Assembly: GCA_022560215.1 (NCBI GenBank)
Contig: JADFTO010000001.1
Coordinates: forward strand, 1-44,102
DNA length: 44,102 nt
Direction of reading: 5' to 3'
Source of the DNA: Pseudomonadota bacterium
Lineage (GTDB): Bacteria > Pseudomonadota > Alphaproteobacteria > Rhodospirillales > 2-02-FULL-58-16
The number at the start of each line of letters is the position of its first letter. The stretch's first letter is position 1. The notes beneath the pieces were generated by a model. That model saw nothing but the letters and a program-made list of their open reading frames with translations. It searched no databases and was not told the origin of the DNA. Position numbers and translations under genes: made by a program. Positions 21,201 to 28,901 of this stretch are shown in pieces.

Positions 21201-22291
21201 AAGGTCTCGTAATCGACCTCCATCCGGCCCCCGTCCACTAAGGAACAGAAGATCAGCGACGCCAGGTGGCTGAGGTTGACGGTGACGCCCGAGTACATGG
21301 CGTGCATGTAGGCGTCGCGCATTCGCAGGTACCTCCGGCCGAGTTTCCTGGCGATGAACTTTTCGTCCAGCCGCCGGGCGCCGTCATCCAGGTCAAACAG
21401 CTGATCCAGGGACTCCATGCGCCGGACCAGCTTGGCGAGCAGTTTCCTGTCCCACCAATGCAAGACCTTTCCCGGGTCTTCCGGATCCCCCAGGCGTATG
21501 TCCATGTCGGTGTTCTTGAGCAGGATGTTCCCCTCGATGAGGAGTTCCTCGGACAACCGCTCGCTCAGGCCCCTGGCGAAGAATTCCACGCCCTTGTGCA
21601 GGATGTTGTCGCTGACGCGGATCGGATAAAAGGTGATGTTGGCGGGAACCAGCAGGGACGGCCGCCGGGCCGCGGCCAGCAGGTCGTCGGTCCCATCCAT
21701 CCCCAGAATCCCCGCCCACCTCCTGAGGGTGGGCGTATCCCCGTCCTTGTGGATTTCCAGGATGCCCGCCTTGAAGGCTTCCAGGGTGAGGGCCAGGACG
21801 GCGGCGCCCGTGTGGTGCTTGCGGCGCTCCCTGGAGGTGCTCGAATAGATGCTGTAGGCGCCCTGTTCGTCCAGGACCCGGCGGTCCTTCACCATGCCGC
21901 CTTCGGGGAACACGATGACCTTCCGCCCGCGCAGGATCTCCTCGGCGAGGAAGGGCAGCAACCGGGGATAGTCGTGGGGCACGGCGCCGAGCCCCATCAG
22001 ATAGTTGGAAAAGACGTCGTCCTTGTCGAAGAATTCGCTGGCCGCGACGGAACGGCAGTAGGCCCCGGTCTCCTGGTGAATCAGGTATTGGGGGATGAAG
22101 GTCTCGAAGCGCGCGAAGTGGTTGAAAAGGAATATCTGGCCCGAGGCGAGCAAGTCCTTGCGGCCGCACAGCCTGATGTTGACGCTGAGCCTCGACCTCA
22201 GGGCCGAGAGCACCCGGACGGTGAGGGCGCAAGCCGCCTCGTTGATCTCGAAATCGCTTTCCTCGAAGGCGTATTCATCGGTCATGGACAT
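18221..22291 (-). CDS. Tri-domain fusion: LPLAT/PlsC-like acyltransferase, alpha/beta-hydrolase (lipase/esterase-like) and long-chain acyl-CoA synthetase (1356 aa)
   Basis: Single uninterrupted ORF. Start placed at MSMTDEY (22291); the ORF track starts at 22336. N-terminus has NHFARFE (H-x4-E in place of H-x4-D) and VIVFPEGG. The middle has HGF...GFSTGG nucleophile elbow with later D (GTGDQVV) and H (DRHG). The C-terminus has [15 protein letters not shown] and [23 protein letters not shown] adenylation motifs. Confidence 0.85.
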   Translation of the reverse strand: [1356 protein letters not shown]

Positions 22292-22514
22292 TTCGCCGAA
22301 ATTTCGCCCCCCAGATACCCACATACATAGTATCAAGAAACCGTGATTCTCGGCATATATTCGGTGCTGGCGTCTTCAATTGTGCGCACGATGCCGTGAG
22401 GCGCGGCCCCCGGCCGGGCGAGGACAACCCTGGACCGGGGGCGAGGCCATGGGCTATTCCCTCGCATCCAGATAGACTCTAGGCAGGCCTGATCAGGTGA
22501 ACGGAGGGAAACCC

Positions 22515-22742
22515 ATGGCGACCCGGACACTGGATACCAAGGGGCTGAACTGTCCCCTGCCGGTCCTCAAGGCGAGGAAGGCCATCAAGGACCTGGGCCC
22601 GGGAGACACCCTGGAGGTCCTGTCCACCGATCCGAGCTCCGTCGAGGACTTCGAGGCCTTCTGCCATACCACCGGGAACGAGTTGCTGGAATCGGCGGGG
22701 GAAGAAGGCGTGTTCCGCTTCCTGATCAGGGTTCGCGCCTGA
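22515..22742 (+). CDS. tusA: TusA/SirA-family sulfurtransferase
   Basis: MATRTLDTKGLNCPLPVLKARKAIKDL with the conserved CPxP cysteine motif. A GGAGGGA RBS lies upstream of the ATG at 22515. Confidence 0.8.
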   Translation: MATRTLDTKGLNCPLPVLKARKAIKDLGPGDTLEVLSTDPSSVEDFEAFCHTTGNELLESAGEEGVFRFLIRVRA

Positions 22743-22834
22743 AGCCGGGGCCATCCCGGCCTGTTCAATCGATCCCCATATTCCCTATACTGCGCGGTCA
22801 TGGCGGCGCCACACCAGGGACGGGGGGCATTCCA

Positions 22835-24340
22835 GTGATCAGGGAGCTTAAACATTTCATCGGCGGCAAGCCGGTCAAGGGCGAGAGCGGCCGCTTCGCA
22901 GACGTCTACGATCCGGCCACCGGCCAGGTGACGGCGAAGGTGCCCCTGGCCGGCCCCGGCGAGGTGGGCCGCGCGGTCTCCGCCGCGGCCGCCGCCCTGC
23001 CCGGGTGGATGGCGACGCCGCCCGCGAAACGGGTCCAGGTCCTGTTCCGCTTCCGGGACCTGATCCTCGAGCACCTGGACGACCTGGCTGCTACCCTGGC
23101 CTCGGAACACGGCAAGACCCTGGATGACGCCAAGGGCTCGATCAGGCGCGGCGTGGAGGTGGTGGAATTCGTCTGCGGCATCCCGCATCTGCTGAAGGGC
23201 GAATACTCCGAAGGCGTGGCCTCCGGCGTGGACGTCTTCGCGCTCCGCCAGCCCGTCGGCGTGTGCGTCGGCATCACGCCCTTCAACTTCCCCGCCATGG
23301 TGCCCATGTGGATGTTTCCGGTGGCCATCGCGTGCGGCAACACCTTCATCCTCAAGCCCTCGGAAAAGGACCCCTCGACGGGCTTCAGGCTGGCCGAGTT
23401 GATGTCCGAGGCGGGCCTGCCCTCGGGCGTCCTCAACGTGATTAACGGCGACAAGGAGGCCGTGGACGCCCTGCTCGCCGATCCCACCGTCGCCGCGGTC
23501 AGCTTCGTCGGCTCCACCGCCGTCGGCGAATACATCTACGCCACCGGCTGCGCCAACGGAAAGCGCGTGCAAGCCCTTTGCGGGGCCAAGAACCACATGG
23601 TGGTGATGCCCGACGCCGACATGGACCAGGCCCTGGACGCGGCCATGGGCGCGGCCTACGGCTCCGCCGGGGAGCGTTGCATGGCCATTTCGGTGGCCGT
23701 CACCGTGGGCGAGGAGACCGGCGACGAGTTCGTCCGCCGACTGGCGCCGCGGGTGCGCGCGCTCAAGGTCGGGCCCTACGTGGACCCCCAATCCGAGATG
23801 GGGCCGGTGATCACCGCCGAGGCCAAGGAGCGCATTCTCGGCTACATCGACAAGGGCATCGAGGAAGGCGCGGACCTGGTGGTCGACGGCCGGGGACTCA
23901 GCCTCCAGGGGTACGAGGACGGCTATTTCATCGGCGGCTGCCTGTTCGACCGCGTCACCCCTTCCATGAGCATCTACAGCGACGAGATCTTCGGGCCCGT
24001 GCTGTCGGTGGTCCGGGCCAAGGACTACGAAGAGGCCCTGGGGCTGGTCAACGACCACCCGTACGGCAACGGCGCCGCCATCTTCACCCGCGACGGGGAC
24101 GCCGCGCGCAACTTCGTCAACCGGGCGAAGATCGGCATGGTCGGGGTCAACGTGCCGATCCCGGTGCCCGTCGCCTATTACAGCTTCGGGGGGTGGAAAA
24201 GCTCGCTCTTCGGCGACCACCACATCCACGGCCCCGAGGGGGTGCGCTTCTACACCCGGCAGAAGACGGTGACGGCGCGCTGGCCGTCGGGCATCCGCGA
24301 GGGCGCCCAGTTCCACTTCCGCGGCGGCGCCGAGACCTAG
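22835..24340 (+). CDS. mmsA: Methylmalonate-semialdehyde dehydrogenase (CoA-acylating)
   Basis: 501 aa, GTG start, HFIGGK N-terminus, aldehyde dehydrogenase motifs (FNFPAMVPMWMF, GERCMA catalytic Cys) and the MmsA/IolA-typical C-terminal tail TARWPSG. Confidence 0.9.
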   Translation: MIRELKHFIGGKPVKGESGRFADVYDPATGQVTAKVPLAGPGEVGRAVSAAAAALPGWMATPPAKRVQVLFRFRDLILEHLDDLAATLASEHGKTLDDAKGSIRRGVEVVEFVCGIPHLLKGEYSEGVASGVDVFALRQPVGVCVGITPFNFPAMVPMWMFPVAIACGNTFILKPSEKDPSTGFRLAELMSEAGLPSGVLNVINGDKEAVDALLADPTVAAVSFVGSTAVGEYIYATGCANGKRVQALCGAKNHMVVMPDADMDQALDAAMGAAYGSAGERCMAISVAVTVGEETGDEFVRRLAPRVRALKVGPYVDPQSEMGPVITAEAKERILGYIDKGIEEGADLVVDGRGLSLQGYEDGYFIGGCLFDRVTPSMSIYSDEIFGPVLSVVRAKDYEEALGLVNDHPYGNGAAIFTRDGDAARNFVNRAKIGMVGVNVPIPVPVAYYSFGGWKSSLFGDHHIHGPEGVRFYTRQKTVTARWPSGIREGAQFHFRGGAET

Positions 24341-24347
24341 GCCGCGA
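24266..24347 (+). repeat. Direct repeat copy A (last ~24 codons of mmsA plus 7 nt)
   Basis: 24276-24347 is identical (72/72) to 30047-30118. Similarity extends imperfectly, with 2 mismatches, to 24266/30037. Offset is 5771 nt. Confidence 0.9.
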
Positions 24348-24377
24348 ACCGCCTGGCGGAGACGCCGGTATTGGAGC

Positions 24378-24691
24378 TCAGTTCTTCACGATATCGTTGA
24401 TCCAGGACATGGTTGACATGGCGGTCGGGAATCCCAGCGTCGTGATTGCCAGGACGGCGACTTGCCGGAGCTCCCCGGGCGCCAAGCACTCCTCCATGGC
24501 CTGGCGGGTGTGGGAATGAACGGCCCCTTCCGAATCGGCGCCGCTGGAAAGGGCCAGTTTGATCAGCCTGCGCGTGCGCCCATCCAGCGGACTCGATTTC
24601 CCGGCGGCCGCGCCGAGGGCTTCGTACGCCTCCCACACCTCGGGGAACTCCTGGGCGAAGATGCCGGCTCCTGAAGGGGCAATGTCGTCAT
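24378..24691 (-). pseudogene. Carboxymuconolactone decarboxylase (CMD/AhpD-like) family gene with an apparent 1-nt frameshift near its start
   Basis: The family-like frame (..PSGAGIFAQEFPEVWEAYEALGAAAG..ITTLGFP..) has no canonical start before GTG 24638. An ATG at 24691 overlaps the TorD stop (ATGA) but is in another frame. Adding one C to the CCCC run (24676-24679) gives MTTLPPSGAGIFAQEFPEVW. Confidence 0.6.
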
Positions 24692-25383
24692 ATTTCTCTC
24701 CTTTTAAGATTCTCGCTTTCCCGGCTGTCGATTGTATTCGCCCGTTCGGATTCGATGAAATCCTTCGTCAGGGCCGCCATGCCCCTGTAGAACGTCAGTT
24801 CCGCGCGATCGATCACCAGATCGCAGAACTTGGGAATCCAGAGGGAGAGGTGGCTGGCGACGAATTCGGATCCGACCGCCCTTAATTGTCCGGCCTCTGC
24901 CGGGTCTCGCTTTTCGAGCGCGGCCGCTTCCCTGGCGGTGATTTCCCGCATGAACTCGAGCTCGGCGCTGATATGGTCGGGAAGGTCGTGATAGTCGGGC
25001 CGGTATTCGAACCCCGCGGCCTCGATGTATTTCTTGACCCAGACCGTCGGCCGCCCCCAGAGCAACGCCCCCTCGCCGCCTAGATGGACAGCGGCATAGG
25101 GCGGAACATGATTGCCGGGCCCGATGAACAAACGCGTATACTCGACGGCCAGGAGCTCGATCAGCTCGTCTTCGGCGTGATCGGCGAAGGAGGTTCCTAA
25201 ATCAACCCCAGTGTCGGCTAGCAAGTCCAGTGAATCAGGGTCCCTGATCCAGCGTAACAGCTCGGCCGTCGGCTCGGTCCGGTAGACCGCGGCCAGAAAG
25301 CCATAGAGGCTGCTGCACTCCATGGCCGTTCCGGCCGGGCCGTTTGTGTCGACTATGAGACCGCCACCGGCCTCATCCCTCAT
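24688..25383 (-). CDS. TorD/DmsD-family redox-enzyme maturation chaperone
   Basis: 231 aa with the EYTRLFIGPG motif and the DHISAELEFM region typical of TorD-like chaperones. The ATG overlaps the catalytic subunit stop (ATGA). Confidence 0.8.
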   Translation of the reverse strand: MRDEAGGGLIVDTNGPAGTAMECSSLYGFLAAVYRTEPTAELLRWIRDPDSLDLLADTGVDLGTSFADHAEDELIELLAVEYTRLFIGPGNHVPPYAAVHLGGEGALLWGRPTVWVKKYIEAAGFEYRPDYHDLPDHISAELEFMREITAREAAALEKRDPAEAGQLRAVGSEFVASHLSLWIPKFCDLVIDRAELTFYRGMAALTKDFIESERANTIDSRESENLKRREI

Positions 25384-27920
25384 GCGATAGCTACTTTAGA
25401 AACCGAGACCACGGTATCCATGAACCGCAGCTGCCCGTTGATGGGATCGGGCGCGTTGGCGATGATCCAGTTGGGGTGGACGCCGTTGTCCTTCCACCAC
25501 TTGCGCTTCAGCTCCGGATCGTCGTCCGTGCCCAGTGGCGCCTTCTTGCCCGAGGCGTACCGGCCGTACTCCCAGTGCCCGCAGTGATGGGAGATGGCGA
25601 TGACGCCGGGCACCACGGCGGGCGTTACCCTTGCCCTGGTCTCGATCTCGCCGATCGGGGACTTGACCTTGATGGCGTCGCCGTCGCTGATCCCCCTGGC
25701 CGCCGCGGTGACCGGGTTAATCCAGCCCGGGTTCTCGTAGTAGATCTCGGTCAGCCACTTGCAGTTCTGGCTGCGCGAGTGGATCTGGACGGCGACCTTG
25801 TAGGTGGTGAGGATCAGCTCGCCGGGCTTCATGGCCTCGTGCTCGGGAATCGGCATATAGGTGGGCAAAGGGGCGAAGCCCTTGTCCTCCATGATGGTTG
25901 AGTAAAATTCCATATACCCCGACTTGTTCAGCTTGTCGGGTTTGAAGCCGATGAAGACCTCGCCGCCGATCTTTTGTGCGACGTAGCCCTTGTAGGCGTT
26001 CTTGGTGTGGGCGTAGCCCTTCTCGCGGGCTTCTTCCTCGCTCTTGGCCTTGGTCTTCTTCCAGTTCCAGTAGACGTCCGTCGCCTCGTCGAGGATGACT
26101 CCGTCGGCGTCGAGCTTTTTGGCGTTCACCCTCTTACTATACGAATAGAACTTGGGCTTGGCCTTGGGATCGTGCCAGACGCCGTGCTCCTTCATGTACT
26201 CGAAGCCGCCGGCCTCCTTGACACCCGGGGTCATCTCGCAGGACAGCCTGACGAACTCCTCCTTGCTCTTGAAGCCGAGCGGGAAACCCATCCTCTCGGC
26301 CAGATCGCAGCAGACGTCGCCGAAGTCCCGGGCCTCGCCGAGGGGCTTGACCACGGGCTGGCGGATATAGAACTCGGGGATCTGCCTGGGCGACACCATG
26401 TCCTCCCAGTCCCAGCGCTCCAGGTAGGTGGCGTCGGGAAGGATGAGGTCGGCGAGCGCCGCCGATTCGTCGTAGAAGGGATTGACGCAGACCGTAAAGG
26501 GGATCAGCGACTCGTCCTTGAGGATGTCGATGTTCTCCTGCACCTCGCCGTTGGCGTAGACGGGGGTGTAGCAGTACCACATGTAGACCTCGGGCCGGCC
26601 GGCCTTGCCGTCCTTGATCATCTTCAGCACGCGGTGGCTCACGTGGTGGGTGGGCAGGGCGGCGTCGCCCTTGAAGCCGTCGAGGATTTCCAGCTTCTTG
26701 CCCTTGGGCTTGTTCTTCGGTCCCTTGGGGTACTTCCACTTGGCGCCGACCGCCTTGCAGCGGCCGCCGGGGTTGTCGACGTTGCCGGTGATGGCCGCCA
26801 GCATCTGGATGGCGCGTTCCGTGTCGTTGCCGTTGTAATGGGCGACGGCGCCGCGGTAGCTGATCACGCAGGCCGGCTTGGTGGTGGCGAACTCCCTGGC
26901 CAGCGCCCTGATCTTGTCGGCGCCGACGCCGCTGATGTTCTCCGCCCACGCCGGGGTGTAGGAGGCCAGGTGCGCCTTCAGCGCGGCCACCTTGTCGGCG
27001 GGCGTGGCGTTGGGATCGTTGGTGAACTTGCAGAACTTCATGAACGCCTCGCCCTCGCCGCGGTAGAGGTCCTCGCTCATGATCACGTGGCACATGGCCA
27101 GCGCCACGGCGCCGTCGGTGCCCGGCTTGATGGGCACCCACTCGCTCGATTTGGCGGCGGTGTTGGACATCTTCACGTCGAAAGTGACCATCCTGACACT
27201 GCGGTCGACCAGGGCCCGCACCAGCCGGTGCGCCACCGGGACATGGTTGGTGTGGGCCTCCAGGCAGTTGCTGCCGAAGTTGAGCACGAACCGGGTGTTG
27301 TCGAAGTCCCAGTTGTCGAAGTGCGACCCCCAGGTCAGCTCCTGGGCGGTCCACTTGCCGCCCTCGCAGATGCTGGTGTGGTTGCCGATGGTGTTGGTCC
27401 CGTAGGTGGCGAGGAAGACGCTCTTGATGAGCTTCGAGGAGCTCGCCTTCATGCGCCCGTAATGGAACATGAACTTCTCGGGCTGGCCCTCGTCCCGGAG
27501 CTTCTTGAGCCTGCCCGCGACCTCGGTCAGGGCCTCGTCCCAGGTGATCCGCTTCCACTTCCCTTCGCCACGCTTGCCGACGCGCCGGAGCGGATAGAGG
27601 ATGCGGTCGGGATCGTAGACCTGGTTGACGCCGGCCTGGCCCTTGGCGCACATCTTGCCCTCGGTCCTGATGGAGTCGGGCTGGCCGCCCATCTTGACGA
27701 GCCGGCCGTCCTCGACGTAACCGATCGCCGCGCAACGGGTCACGCACTGCCAGCAGGCGGTGGGGATGCCGGCGCGCTCCTTTCCGGTCTTCGGAGAGAA
27801 GTCCTTGCCGCCCTTGATCGGAAGGTCCTTGGCGCGGGTGAGCGCCCCGGCGCCGGCGAGGGCCGCCGAGGCGGCTGCCGTTGCCGCGCCGAGCTTGAGG
27901 AAATTACGACGGGAAACCAT
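25380..27920 (-). CDS. Molybdopterin (bis-MGD) oxidoreductase catalytic subunit, Psr/Phs/Ttr/Arr-like, Tat-exported (846 aa)
   Basis: Start placed at MVSRRNFLKLGAATAAASAALAGAGA (twin-arginine signal, GAGGAGG RBS). N-terminal FeS motif CWQCVTRCAAIG...CAKG. NHTSICEGG is a candidate Mo-ligand Cys region. Substrate not assignable from sequence. Confidence 0.85.
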   Translation of the reverse strand: MVSRRNFLKLGAATAAASAALAGAGALTRAKDLPIKGGKDFSPKTGKERAGIPTACWQCVTRCAAIGYVEDGRLVKMGGQPDSIRTEGKMCAKGQAGVNQVYDPDRILYPLRRVGKRGEGKWKRITWDEALTEVAGRLKKLRDEGQPEKFMFHYGRMKASSSKLIKSVFLATYGTNTIGNHTSICEGGKWTAQELTWGSHFDNWDFDNTRFVLNFGSNCLEAHTNHVPVAHRLVRALVDRSVRMVTFDVKMSNTAAKSSEWVPIKPGTDGAVALAMCHVIMSEDLYRGEGEAFMKFCKFTNDPNATPADKVAALKAHLASYTPAWAENISGVGADKIRALAREFATTKPACVISYRGAVAHYNGNDTERAIQMLAAITGNVDNPGGRCKAVGAKWKYPKGPKNKPKGKKLEILDGFKGDAALPTHHVSHRVLKMIKDGKAGRPEVYMWYCYTPVYANGEVQENIDILKDESLIPFTVCVNPFYDESAALADLILPDATYLERWDWEDMVSPRQIPEFYIRQPVVKPLGEARDFGDVCCDLAERMGFPLGFKSKEEFVRLSCEMTPGVKEAGGFEYMKEHGVWHDPKAKPKFYSYSKRVNAKKLDADGVILDEATDVYWNWKKTKAKSEEEAREKGYAHTKNAYKGYVAQKIGGEVFIGFKPDKLNKSGYMEFYSTIMEDKGFAPLPTYMPIPEHEAMKPGELILTTYKVAVQIHSRSQNCKWLTEIYYENPGWINPVTAAARGISDGDAIKVKSPIGEIETRARVTPAVVPGVIAISHHCGHWEYGRYASGKKAPLGTDDDPELKRKWWKDNGVHPNWIIANAPDPINGQLRFMDTVVSVSKVAIA

Positions 27921-27930
27921 TTGATCCTCC

Positions 27931-28899
27931 TCAGATTCCAACCGGTCCGGTGATCTGACCGGCGACCACCACCACGTAGCGAAGCATGAACCCACCGGCC
28001 AGGATGGCCGTCGGCACGATGATCTCCATGCTCCGCGGTGCTTTGAATTCCTTTTGGTAAAGCAGCTTGGGAATGATGTAGTAGAGTTCCACCAGCGCCG
28101 GGAACAGAAGGCCGACGGCGATGAACCAGAACCAGAACTCAGTCATCAAGCTGCCGCCCGGCAGGATCACCGAGACGGCTTCCTTGACGCTGCCGATGGT
28201 CAGGTACGCATATATGATGAACAGGAAGACGACCACCAGCTCGAAGCCGATCAGCAGCAAATCGGACGCCGTCAGCAGATAACCGCTGTGGTGATGCTGC
28301 GCCCGGGCTTCCGGCGTGTCCTCCGCCACGCGGCCGTGGATGGCCCGCACCAACAGGATCAAGGCGATGCCGGTGGAGAGCGCCGAAACCAGGAACAGGA
28401 GCGCCAGGATGGGCGAGTTCCAGAACGGCCTCGACGGCATGGCGCCCAACAGGATGCCCGTATAAACGGCGGTCGCGATTCCCAGTGGGATGGCGATCCA
28501 GCACATCAGCCGCCGCAACGCATAGCGCCGCTCAATCGGCAGCCCCGGCGCGTTTTGGACAAAAGTGTAGGCATATAGCAGGCTGACGCCGATGAACCCC
28601 GTCAGCAGCCAAGTGCCGATGGACATGGGCGACAGGTTGATGGTCATGTAGAGGTTGATCCATCTGAACCAGTTCCCGGCCTCGAAGGACCCGAGTTCGA
28701 GGATCAGCAGTCCGCAGCCAATCATCAGCGGAAGCGGCGCCACGAAGGCACCGTAGCGGGCCACTTCCACGTGCATGCCGCGGGCGGAATCGCCGCCGCG
28801 CAGGAAGATGGAGGCGCTGACCGTGAGCGCTCCGGCGCCGACGCCGGCCAGAAACAGGTACCCGATGACGGGCATGCCCCAGTTGAGTTCCGCGGTCAT
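27931..28899 (-). CDS. NrfD/PsrC-type integral membrane quinol-interacting subunit (322 aa)
   Basis: Start placed at MTAELNWGMPVIGYLFLAGVGAG (AGGAGG RBS, 2 nt after the FeS-subunit stop). Polytopic hydrophobic protein with an NrfD-like N-terminal motif. Confidence 0.8.
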   Translation of the reverse strand: MTAELNWGMPVIGYLFLAGVGAGALTVSASIFLRGGDSARGMHVEVARYGAFVAPLPLMIGCGLLILELGSFEAGNWFRWINLYMTINLSPMSIGTWLLTGFIGVSLLYAYTFVQNAPGLPIERRYALRRLMCWIAIPLGIATAVYTGILLGAMPSRPFWNSPILALLFLVSALSTGIALILLVRAIHGRVAEDTPEARAQHHHSGYLLTASDLLLIGFELVVVFLFIIYAYLTIGSVKEAVSVILPGGSLMTEFWFWFIAVGLLFPALVELYYIIPKLLYQKEFKAPRSMEIIVPTAILAGGFMLRYVVVVAGQITGPVGI

Positions 28900-28901
28900 G
28901 G

